Positions 36,498-48,249 of a stretch of 64,000 bases of DNA are shown piece after piece (position 1 is the first letter of the stretch; each line of letters begins with the position of its first letter). A model generated the notes under the pieces. The model was not told where the DNA came from. It worked only from the letters and a program-made list of their open reading frames with translations, and did not search any database. The stretch is from Oculina patagonica (lineage: Eukaryota), in assembly GCF_052425735.1 (NCBI RefSeq), contig NC_135759.1, forward strand, positions 36,642,001 through 36,706,000. Direction: 5' to 3'. The position numbers and the translations under genes were made by a program.

Positions 36498-37368
36498 AGA
36501 GAAAATAAAAATCTAACAAAGACTGATGCTTTATCGCCTGAAGTATTATGAAAAATATCATAAAACATCAGAAGTCCATAATCCATTATGCACTTCTGGA
36601 AACAGCGATATGATATCATAGACATTAAGGATGTGGTCATAACAAGTGTACTTGACGACGACCCACCTTTTGTAGGGGTAGGAGGGTTATGCAAGATACC
36701 ACCTGCCTGATTAGCCAAATGGACAAAAATTATTGGCTTCAAAATTTGGGTTAAGACTTTCTTATTAGGTGTGCATGAAGCTTGCATTGCTGTAGAAATG
36801 GCACAAGGAGGTTTGAATCTTTTTCTTAGTTTCTACTCCTGATAGAGTGGGGGCTATACAAACAAGACACCATCTTTTAAGGTGAGGAAGGAGGGTACAT
36901 GAAGAGACCACCTGTCTTTTTGCAGAGTGATGGGTCCTGTCTGAGTACAATAGTTTTCCATTTCCCTTAATATTGAAGCATGCTAACCATAATACAAAGA
37001 CAACAAATATGAAGGCATTTTTCCTCAAAAGTTGACCTTCAAACATTTCGGCGAGTGTGGCTTATCTGCGAGTTTTCACGGTATTCTTTTCAGACGTAGT
37101 GGAAAATACGTTATTTATTAACCAAGCGCGTGGCCGTGCTGGGAGAAGATCGACCCAAGGTTTTGACAAAACGGAGAGCAACACTGACACAAAAAAGTCG
37201 CGGGCCGATATTTCAGATATTTGTCTAGTGTACCCGTACAAGTTTGAAAAGAGTCTTATTACACGACTTTTTTACTCAAAAATAGGTGTTACAAATATAT
37301 TAATTTTTCCCGGTCAAACACTCGAGCCAGCAATAAAGTATTTTGATTGACTAAGTTTTGTTGTGTAA

Positions 37369-37656
37369 TAGAGCGGTTTTCACTTGAGTGTCGAAAGTAA
37401 TTTGTGTTTGCTTTGGTTTTGCATTACTACGCTTAGTGATTGGTTTAAAAATCTCGCGCCACTTTTCTTAGCCAATCGGAAGTAAAACCAAAACCAATGG
37501 TGACTCGCTCACGCACGTTTTCCCGCGCTTCGTGCCGGCTACGTGCATTTTTTTTTCGAGTTTTGATTGGCTGACTGGTTGGTCTGTGTCTTTTGTGATT
37601 GGCCAGAGTGATTACTTTGGTTTTGGTTTTACTTCACTTAACTGAAAACTGCTCTA
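37369..37656. mobile_element. CCAAT-rich MITE, copy 1
   Basis: TAGAGCGGTTTTCA ... TGAAAACTGCTCTA. An inverted homologous copy lies at 59169-59452. Confidence 0.85.
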
Positions 37657-38340
37657 AATAGGAGTATGTGTAGGGCAATAAAACTGAATTATACTTCTTG
37701 TCTTGCGTGCAGTGGTTGTTTTAAGTAATAACAGTCTGTTCCAGGCTTTTCAACTGTAGGAGACGAGCAAACGAAAAAGGAAACTTAAAGGAGATGAAAC
37801 AAGAGTGAACGGAAGAGCAACAACAACAAAAAGAACTGGAGTAAGGATAAGCTCCCCTTCTCGGCTCGCTTCGCTCGCCGATCAGATCGGGAGCCTGCTC
37901 GCAGGCTATCTCCTTCCTTTCCTTTTGTGTTTGCGCGTTCATTTTTTCGCTTCCCGTCCAGGCTTCCAAAATGCCATTGCCAATTCCTTAGTCATTGTCA
38001 TCTTGTTCAAAACTGGCAGTTTTGAAAGTAATTTTCATGCAGAACATGAGCCCTAAAGCGCTAATTGTTCATAATACTCACTCTTTCTTGCTGATCCAGC
38101 AATAAGGTAAGTCCACAACGACAAACTAATGAAGAGTTCCGAATCTTTTGAAGACCTGGATCAGTAAAAATCTTGAGAAAATTTGTAAAACGGCGGCTAA
38201 AAGAAAATGAAAAAAGAAAAAGAAAAAAGGAATTGAGTTCCAAGGGAATGAGAAGAAAATCGTCGATGGAAAGGTCAGGTTGGTTGAAAGTAGCAATACT
38301 CCTAATTACCCATTTGGCAATACCACTTTTTATACACATA

Positions 38341-38559
38341 CGCCCCGTCCACACTGACCCGGGTAAATTTGAAACGCATCTTTTTTTCTCCGGTTAGGCC
38401 AACCGTCCACACTGAAACGACGTTTTGGTCACCGAAAACGGAGCTTTTCAAAAACGCTCTCCAAAGTGGATATCGTTTTCAAATTTACCCGGGTTAATGT
38501 GGACGGAAAACATTTTACGCGGCGTTTTCAAATTTACCCGGGTCAGTGTGGACGGGGCC
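38341..38559. mobile_element. Harbinger-like MITE
   Basis: GCCCCGTCCACACTGACCCGGGTAAATTTGAAA ... TTTCAAATTTACCCGGGTCAGTGTGGACGGGGC, with ATA on both flanks. Confidence 0.85.
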
Positions 38560-41500
38560 ATAGTCAGGCAGAAGTGTACTTCGTGCAGATTCGGATTTAA
38601 TCAAATGTCTCTTTTCAGTTGTTAAACCATAAAAAGTTGATGTTTTTGAACGGTTATTTTGCATAACAATTTTAAGTTTTCGCGTAATACATTCTTTTCG
38701 TTGACACCTTTTGTGAAGTTATTTTTATCATCAAACACTTATTTCATCTTTAATTACGATATCAATTATATACTGATTTTTGGGAATGTTTGAATTGAGT
38801 GCAATTTTGTTTGAAGTTATCTTTCTTATCTAGTGTGTGTTTTTTTGTAACGAGAGTCAAGGTTTCTTGTGAGTTAGTTGCCGGAAAACAGTTTTGTTCG
38901 ACTATTGAACGACAACGTAAATTCATAATATTTATTCATTCCTAGGTAACCTACATTGTCAACCATTGTTCTAAGAACAAGAGACATACTTGTTTGCTTA
39001 TTTATGATTAAATAGATCTTGACCTTTTTGATTGGTCAACCACGGATTCTTTCCTGGAATAACTTGTTTCTGACCTTAAGTTGTTTTATACTCTTGTATT
39101 CGGTGATATTTTTCTAGCAGGAAACCTTGACCTTATTTTGCCACGTTTTGTAAGGACAAAGAACCTTTTTAACTATTGTACAATGTTTATCCACCTTTTT
39201 GTACATCCTTGTTTGAACAGCCATGTACGCAAACATTCTTTTAAATTCGGCTTGCACAAACGACTGCTCTGAACTCGTAAACAACTTAGTATTCATTTAT
39301 GGAAAGGGGTCGGACTGTAGTTACCGAATAACACGCCCCTTTCTTCTTAGTGGAAAAGTTGTTGTTTGAACTTGTTATCAAGAAAAACTATTTTCGGCTC
39401 TAACTGTACAACTGTATTACCTGTAACTGTTTTTGTTGTAGAAAAACAATGTTTGTAATTTTTACATAGCTCGCGCTGTTTTATTTTGGCCAGTTCACGT
39501 TTGGTTCGTAACGACATTTTTGAAAGAAAAGCGTTTTCGACATCGCAAATAGCTCGAAGGTTTACCTTTAACGCGCAGTCGTACTTCAACGAAAACTAAC
39601 TGCGCAAGTCATTACGTAAGCTTAGATACATCAAATTTGGCGTTTTGACAGAGATTGACAGTTAAAGAATCTGGCTATCATAAAAGAGCATGAGCTGCTT
39701 TACACACCAGAGAATTTAGAACAACATTGTCAGTAAAGGTTCTACGCCTGAGGTAGAGTTTATTAAAGAAGAATGTGAATCAAGACGAAGTTGACCGTCA
39801 TTCCTGTTTAAAAGTGGGAACTGCTAGTCCCCCTTAAAACCCGCTTTTAACACAGTACTGAATTTGTTGCAATTGGTTGATACAAGAATTTACTTCAAAA
39901 AATGAAATACAATGTAACAAACCATCCCTTAACCAAACTTTGTATCTGTAGATGAAAGGACGGAAAAAAGTATCGCACGTGCTCCAGGTCTATGTGCCAA
40001 ATAAATTATCTCCTCATTAACGCGACAGTACCTTTTTATATTCTAGGCGATTATTTTGAAATTAAATGGCCCTGCATTAAAAACCCGTCTGTAATCTTGA
40101 ACCTCGGCGTGCCAAAGGGCGGGCCTTATACAGAAGATACAACCAAGTCTTTTATATGGTTCTCATGCTGAGTAAGTATAAATAAGCCCGGAAAAAATCC
40201 TCACAGTAGTCACAGCAGACGGCAAGTGCGGGATTGGTACTGTTCAGTGGGAGAAAAAGTAAAGACATACTTGGATCACTCTTTTTATATAGTTAGAGTA
40301 ATTGAAGCAAAATAGCAAAGTGTCCAGCGTTCAAATATTAAACTAAAAAAAAACTTCAAAAAAGGGGTTTTAAAAATGGAACAGTAAGTAAAGTTAAAGA
40401 ACCATAACAGCGAATTAATAATATAGTTTTGTTGCATCTTTCTTTCTAGTTTTTAAAAACTAGGTTCTAAGATATGTTTTGTTCCTGAAATGACCATAAA
40501 CTGTGTTTTACTCGTTTACATTTGTCACACCAAGCAAGAAAATTAAAATCGGCTTTACTCGCAGACACAAGATTATAATTCTACGGAAACAAATTGCACG
40601 TGGATTAGTTGGTAACCTCTCGAAAGCTGGACAAACAAACCTTTCGCCGGATTGTCTCTTATGCTACAATTCATTGTAAAATGTATCGTTCAGTTTTAGC
40701 CGAAAACGTAAAGCGTGTACATTTTGGTGGGTAAGAGTCAAGACAGAATAAGGTGATTTTCGGAATTAAAATCGGAAATGACAAAGGAACAAATGTACAT
40801 CTTAAAAATAGATTTGATTCATTCAAATCGTTTCGTCAGCTAGTATTTTTGGAATGTCATCAGCCCAGAGATCTTGATATATATCAGGGTAAAAGAAAAA
40901 GCAAAAGTAGTTGTTAGCGAGCAAGTAAAATGGTCGTAATAATGACAAAGAAACAGATTTACCTTGTTAGTAGGCTGTCTTACAGCAGTCGATTTTGAAC
41001 ACGTAGCTACAGCGTGTGAGGGACTTGGGAATTGTTTTAAACAATTAACCAACCTTTTGGAAAGATGTTTATGTGAGACCTCAGGCGATGTAAACCACTG
41101 TCCTTGCAATACTAGTGTAATTGCGCTTGTTATATCAAGTGAAAAGATCATGAGAGCAGGGAAATAGAGAATTTTGAGTCGTTACCAACAGTACCTTCGA
41201 CTTCGGCGATGGTCACTAGTTTCCTTTGCGTTGTTTTTATAAGTTAAATTTCCCTTGTTTAGTTTACTTCATTATAGCTCACAGCTAAATAGCTCGTAGA
41301 TTATTTAGCTCATTCTTGTCACTTTAAAAGGGGAAATAATACAAGATTGATCCTATAGCCGACTGCAGTTTATAGTTTTGAGTCCTGTTTATTGCTTTAA
41401 AACCGAATTTTTCTGGCTTTATCTTTTCTTTGAAGGCTTCCGTTGTTTCATAATATTGAGATTTCCTTCACTCACCATCGTTTAAATAGATGATTTCACT

Positions 41501-42569
41501 TTATGCTAGTTTTCCCTTTTTCCTTAACCGATGAAAAGTTGAACGGAATCGTATCTACAAATCAACAAACCCTTCAGGTAAACGATAGGTTGGTTTCACT
41601 GTATACCTTCAACGATTTGCACTTGCAAAGTTAGCTAAAGCGGTATTGCAGCTTACACATAACACATAACAGCATACACAAAACAGCATACACTCCACAT
41701 AACAGGTCATGTTCAATGCTTTTGATCTTGATATGATATAAAACTTTGCTCTTGATAATCAAAATTGGGGTGGGGAAATTAGATTATCACTGGTCCTCGT
41801 CTACCACCCCCACGTCTACTTCCCCTCCCCCATTAGGAACCTCTCCAATCAATCAATAAAGAAACCATGGTAACAAACCGCACTTCGTGATGAGTCGTTC
41901 TGTATTAGAGATGCAACGCATTGTAAAAAGCAGAAAATTTTCTGTTTTTTTTTTCTTCTGTCAACATTTTAATATCCTGTAATCGTGTTTGTAAATGTCG
42001 AAAGATCTTCGACGAAAAGGCGAGTTCATTATACTAATGAAGGCAGAGGATATCCATAGACTAAATTTCTATTTGGCATGCTTGATTGGATTTCATTAGC
42101 AACTGAACAATTATTGGAATGAACCTCGCGGTAATTCCCAAAATTGAACCGCAAATATTCTCAAATTGAAACTACATTTTTTGTATTTATGCCATATATT
42201 TAGGGAGATTATTAAATCAGAGAAAAATAATTCGCTTAATTTTCTAATTAACATTTTAATTAAGGGCAATTTAATATTAGAATAAATCAAAGTGACATAA
42301 CCTCAGTTTCCTTTAGCTTTAATCAAGTTTAATAAAGTCACCAGACATTTGACAACATTTAAGAGTTCTTTTTATCTCTGTGGTGAGATAGTATGAAACA
42401 GAAATCGTCAAAGTACGAAATAAGAGTATAATTGTTTTTAACGATTATATTGTTAACTTTCAGCTGATTTACGGATTGATAACGACGGTACTTAAAGCAG
42501 ATTTCTTGTTTGAAGCCACTTATAAGACTATTCTGTTTTATCTCATATATATCTGTAAATATGTAAGGT

Positions 42570-43697
42570 TTAAATATATTGACATCGAGGTGCTCTTTGC
42601 TTTGTAACACGCTCTACTCTAGTTTCAACTTTTGACTGGTCAGAACCGCTCGGTTTAGTTGGTTTTTTATCGCCGTTAAACATCCGAGTACAGTTTACGA
42701 CTATTTCCTTAAACCCTTTTCGATAGTTCTTGTTAAAAATGAAATATATACAAGGACTTATCGCCGCGTTAGAGTGCATTATAAATAAGGCGCTGAATCT
42801 GAAGTTTAGGCTGTCTATTTCAGGCGGTATCTTTAAATCCCAGACAAAGTGAACAAGGCAGCCAAATATCGTAATAGGCGTGATACACGAGACAAAAACA
42901 ACAACCACCGTTACGACTTGTTTAAGCACTTTTCTGTTTTCAGATTCGCGCCTTTGTCGTTCTTGGCAAGAGCGTTCGACGGGTCCCTTTTGCTTCCAAA
43001 CTTCAACGGCAATGGCCGTGTAGAGGATTGTGATCACCGCTATGGGAAATGAGATTAGCACCACGAAGATAATCAAAAAGTAAATCTTTTGAGTAGAGAT
43101 ACTGTCGAAAGCCGGTTCCCACTCGTTCACACAGTATGCATCGTTTTGAAATATTTTTAATCGGAAGGTGTAAAAGTACGGCGAATGTAAGCCCATGGCT
43201 ACAATCCAGATGAATGCAATGATGATGCGGCACATTTTCGACGTGATGATGGGGGGCTTGAAAGGAAATTTCACGGCGTAAAATCGATCAAAAGCTATGA
43301 CAACCAAGCTCAGTATGGAGACCGCGGTTGAGATGTCTTGCGAGAAATTGACGATCTTGCATAAGATTTCTCCACCGATACCCTCGACTAGCCATCGGCT
43401 CTGGACGATCAGAATTTGCGCTATCTCTTTCGGAACAGCAAAAAGCGGGAAAAGCAGATCGCTTATTGCCATATTAGCGATCAGATTGTTCGTGGTAGTC
43501 CGCATTCTCTTGTTTCGGAAGATAATGCTAATAACCAGAGTATTTCCTACCAGAGACATCAACATTATCACACAGTAGCAGAATGTTTTTAGTATTTTGA
43601 TAGCTACAGGCTCCGCCGCAGGACTTGCACCGCTGGCCGTGGCGTTGCTCATAGCGGAGATATTGCCGCCGAGCGTAAAATTGTCGCGGTACGCCAT
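42570..43697 (-). CDS. Class A GPCR, neuropeptide (RFamide/tachykinin-type) receptor-like, single coding exon
   Basis: 375-aa ORF with 7 TM segments. Motifs GN, MRTTTN, MAISDL, CK..Q3.32..DRF, FP..Y (TM5), CITP (TM6), SPCIY (TM7) and the NYRKGF helix 8. Confidence 0.95.
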   Translation of the reverse strand: MAYRDNFTLGGNISAMSNATASGASPAAEPVAIKILKTFCYCVIMLMSLVGNTLVISIIFRNKRMRTTTNNLIANMAISDLLFPLFAVPKEIAQILIVQSRWLVEGIGGEILCKIVNFSQDISTAVSILSLVVIAFDRFYAVKFPFKPPIITSKMCRIIIAFIWIVAMGLHSPYFYTFRLKIFQNDAYCVNEWEPAFDSISTQKIYFLIIFVVLISFPIAVITILYTAIAVEVWKQKGPVERSCQERQRRESENRKVLKQVVTVVVVFVSCITPITIFGCLVHFVWDLKIPPEIDSLNFRFSALFIMHSNAAISPCIYFIFNKNYRKGFKEIVVNCTRMFNGDKKPTKPSGSDQSKVETRVERVTKQRAPRCQYI

Positions 43698-46600
43698 TGC
43701 ACAAATTCAATCGTGTCCCTTCTCTTTGATGTAGTATTTATCAATTGGTATCAATGCGCTCCGTCATAAAATGCAAACTTATATTATCGCTAATGATAGC
43801 AGGTTTTTCTGTACACACACTTTGTGCTCCTTGCTTGTCCTTCCTGGTTTCCTCAATGAATCCAGGCTCATCAATTTAGAATTGGGCGGTTTTTCAACCC
43901 GGTAATACTGAGAGAAATGTCTCTTTCCATAACCTAAAGAGTTTAAAAAACCTGTCTTCCTGTCCTACACTTGATTGATGAGTATACAAGCTTTGTGTAC
44001 TTTGCGATGAAAGTGTTTATAGTTGCCGAAACGACGGTTAAAATCTTCGCCTTTGAGGACTCCTTTCTCGGCGAGACCGTATTCACTTTCAGCGCCAACC
44101 TCGATGTAACAAGCCTTCCTCTTGAATGGCCAGCTTCAAAGCAGAATATCTACTTTGTTCATTCGGACGCTGCCAGTAATCCCTTTAATACCTTTGTAAG
44201 CCACCTGCACGCCCATGGTATAAATTAAAACAAAAAAACGCGAATTTGGATTACAATTTTCGCCTCAGAGGATCAAATTTTACCAGTAGCTGTCAGTAAT
44301 TCGTCAAACATTCTAGTGAATTTTCATATTGATTTATTACAAGCGAAGCAGAAAGAAAATTAATTTTATAGAAAGCGTTTGTTTTCCGTCCATGTTTGAT
44401 GGACGTTTTTGACACCAAGGCGAAAATTAAACATGGTACGATTAAACAGTAAAATGTGATTTGGATATCTAACGGCAGGTGTGGACATGAGATAAACTTA
44501 TTCTTTTTCATGAATAGAAAAAAAGTAGAATTGTTGCTTTGAAAACGTTTTTAAAGTGCTTTTCATTTACTGATACTGAAAGTGTCATTGAGCGGCGACG
44601 AATAAGAAATAGGTCTTAATCTACACTCGACTCAATGTAATTTCTAGGACGAATTATTGGCGAAATATGTCGTTAATGTTAATTGACCACCGGTTTCAAA
44701 CAATTTGTAAGCAACTATTTTCTTAACCAACTAGCTATTGAAAAAATATATGTACGATTGAAGACAGTGAAAAGATTTTCCAAGAAATCAATTTAAGGGT
44801 AGGGCTCATTGCCGATGTTTTAAGACATTTTAGGCCAAAGGTTAAGTCGTGACATCCAAAAACGAAAATATTACAGGAATATTTTATCTGAAGGGTTTCG
44901 CATATTGACATAAAGCGTCGTTTAAAAGCGGAGCGAATGAAAAAAGTTTCTCAGGCTTTAATTAAAACGTAAAATATTCCGCGGAAATTTTTGCTTTGGT
45001 TATGTTTTAAGTGTGACGTACATTTTTTCTCGACGTTTCTGTCATTTTGGGATTCTGAATTTAGTCGCAAGTTTAATTAAGAAATTTTCTCCATCGGCTT
45101 AAAAAAGGGTGTTAATTTTATCGAATTGTTTATAATCTTTGATATCGTATTAAACTAAACATTGTAGAACTAGTGAAAAGAAAAAAAGGACGAATGTTTT
45201 CTTCTCAAAGTAACCGCCGAAAATTCCAGTTTATGATCCGGCAATGTTATTTTCTACGGATTTGTCGTTTTTTGCATATCCTCAATGAAACCGGCTGCTA
45301 ATGTTACCGGGCAAACAATAATAAAGTCCAAGCGTCGATAAGCAAATAAAGATTCCGTAAATATCAAAACTCAAACCATGTACAATCAGGTTATTGGCAA
45401 ACTAATATTTTTATTCCGACAAAGACAAATTACTGCAAGAGGTTTTTAACGGTTAAAATTTTCAAGTTAAAAGAATCTGTATGAAAGATCTAAAAGAGAG
45501 ATAGCTATCGGGACAATTTCAGTTTCACCGCAAAAAGATATCAACAGCAAAGGATAAATTATTCCATTGTGAAATAATCTTAAAAATCTTAGCATGATCT
45601 GATCGCTGTCGAGAGCGAGACAATTTCAACGACTAGACGAAGAAATTATGTTCATAAGGATAAGTTGAACATCCAAAAAAAAAATGACGGTTTTTTTCGT
45701 ATTTTTAATAAGAATAATTTAGTGGAAATGCTAAATGATCTCATTTAAATGCTTGGAAAGGAAAATAGTTATTACAAATTTCAACAGCTTTTTTGGACAC
45801 TCGAGGGATTTTATCGCAGGTATGATTAATTTTAAACCCAGATTTGCTGATTGTAATCCTTTTTGGGATCATTACTGTTTCTTGGCCGATTTAGCTAAGG
45901 GGATTATAACACCCACAAAGGCCCGAATGCTCTAAAATAATCTCAAGTGTAAGAACTTTCGAAAACTGCAAATCTAATGACCGCTAATGATAACCAATAT
46001 CTACTATACATCTTGCTTCCAACAAACAATTTGCATTGTATTTTTATATTTTTTTTCCTTAACTTCAAGTTAAATAACAACATTTCATAACTATAACAAA
46101 AAGAAATGGAGAGGGGCAAGATACACTGATGTAAAACCTTTTTATATGCCCTTTGAATTAAATATTTTTTTCCTAAGAGAAAATAAAACAAGTGAGGAAA
46201 CGAGGAAAAATAATTAAGGTTTTTCTTTGTCGTCATAGCAACCATGCATAGCAATAATAAGTGTTATATTTGTATAACGACGTCCAATATTATACTTCGA
46301 TATTAAATTTTCTCAATGAAAATGGCGAATTTATGATGCGCAGATTATTAACGGTGATTTTTATTTTATCTAAAGAATAACAGAAGGTTTGTACATATAT
46401 GATGTTACAAATACTTAAAACTGCAATAAACCGTTAACGAGAATAATTGTCAGAATCAAGCCTGGTGTTGGAACACTAGCAGCATAACGACATTGGCAAT
46501 TTTAGTGTCCTTAGTGTTGACGCCGGAGCAAATACTTTTTCATTTTTGACAAAACCGTCTTTTTCGATTTATTTTTTTAGTTTTTTTTACGGATAATTAT

Positions 46601-46811
46601 GTAATTATGTTTCTCCTGTTCCGACTCCCAACTTATCGTTAAAAACAACAACAACAAAAAAAAAAACAGCAGCACAGGGACAACATGGAATAATTTGGTG
46701 GTACATGTTTTACTATTTTGCTTTGTCATAGTTCTTCACAGGCTTTCAACAGAGTCATACTAGTTTTATAAGAAAATTCTTTGTTCGCTGCGTGGCACTT
46801 GTAACTGTGAA

Positions 46812-47010
46812 AATTGAGAATAAACGTTATTTTAAGTGCCAAGTAAAGTTCATAATAAACCAAACGTTTCGGGCTTAGTCCTTCATCAGTGGTAAAATAA
46901 TCGTTAAAACTTTTAACGATCATTTAACCACTAATGAAAGGCTAAGCCCGAAACGTTTGGTTTGTTGTGAACTTTACTTGGCACTTAAAATAACGTTTAT
47001 TCTCTCAATT
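46812..47010. mobile_element. Inverted pair of Penelope-like terminal repeats (palindrome)
   Basis: Arms of about 95 bp in inverted orientation. Each carries CT(G/A)ATGA..GAAACGTT and a TATTTT/AATAAA-rich end. Confidence 0.7.
46859..46893 (-). ncRNA. Minimal type I hammerhead ribozyme motif
   Basis: Minus strand reads ACCA-CTGATGA-AGGACTAAGCCC-GAAA-CGTT-TGGT: conserved core boxes, helix I ACCA/TGGT, and a palindromic AACGTT helix III. Confidence 0.55.
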
Positions 47011-48249
47011 TAAAGAGAATCATGTCATTACAGAAGGACAACATAAAATTTAAATGTGATTGTAAAAAGAAAAGAAAATTAAGTGAGTGTATGTAGTCAT
47101 TATTGGAAAATTGTAATCCATGGTCATAAATCATTTGTTATCTGCCGTCGGTTCATGGCAGATGTCCTGCAGTATTTGTGCAAATGTTGCCATATTTAAA
47201 AGAGCGCTCAAATAGACTCGTCTGAAATGTTACAAGGCCACTCACAGCAAATGAGTTTGACGGTACTCTACGGGACACTTTCGAATGGAGTGAACTTGTG
47301 GTAAATATGTTCTGAAAAACGGGAAGACTTCATTTTTAAGGAATATTCAGAGGGTAAATGCGATGGCTTTGAAGGAAAAAACTTTAGAAAGTTTAAGAAA
47401 GTTAAGAAAGTGTCAAAGCAAGAAGCGTTGTTTCCCCGTTCAGTTTTATTTCTCTCAGAATGCAGCGAACGCGAACATATTTTTTTTATTCTGGCAATTT
47501 ACCAGCAAGTAATTATCAGTAATAATATTTTTCTTGTAGTTTTTTTGTGTTGTGATTACTGAGCTGAACTTTTAGGTTGAAGAGTGCTCGATCTAATTTA
47601 TTTAGCTGTAAAACTACGATTCATTGTTTTAGCAAACCCGACATACAGCCTCTTCGGCAACTAAGTAACAGCTGACTTTCCAGGAATAATAGCTGATTGT
47701 TCAGACAGTGCTCACAAAAGGGAGTTTATCTTCTTTTCGCAATGTTTATGAGTGTCCTCTTGTTGGTGTTCAGCTTTTACTAAGAACTTATTATTGCAGC
47801 CCATTCGCAAAAAAAGCTTATAAAAGAACATAAAGTAACGCGTAAGAATGTTATAAGAATAATAAGCACATAACTTATTTTTGTAATCTATTTTAATCTA
47901 TTTTGTTGTATTCTCGAAAATATATTAGGTACTAATGTTTATAATATTAGCTAAAAGCTTCTCTAAAATTCGAGAGAAAATAAAGTTTTTGTTATGTTAT
48001 GTTTAATACAATCATGTATACCAGCTAAACAATAAACAAACTTTATTTCTTTTCATACCGTTACACCAGACAAAATTTAAGTTTAGTCACTATGTATTCA
48101 AGCATAGTTTCCAGCACATGAAATGTCATTTGTTTTTTCCACCGATGCTGATTTTACATCCTGGGACTTCAGCAGTTTGATGCACAATATATTTGACATG
48201 CTCTGGTAGTGTTTTTTTTTACTTAACGAATTATTACCAATCTTATTGT

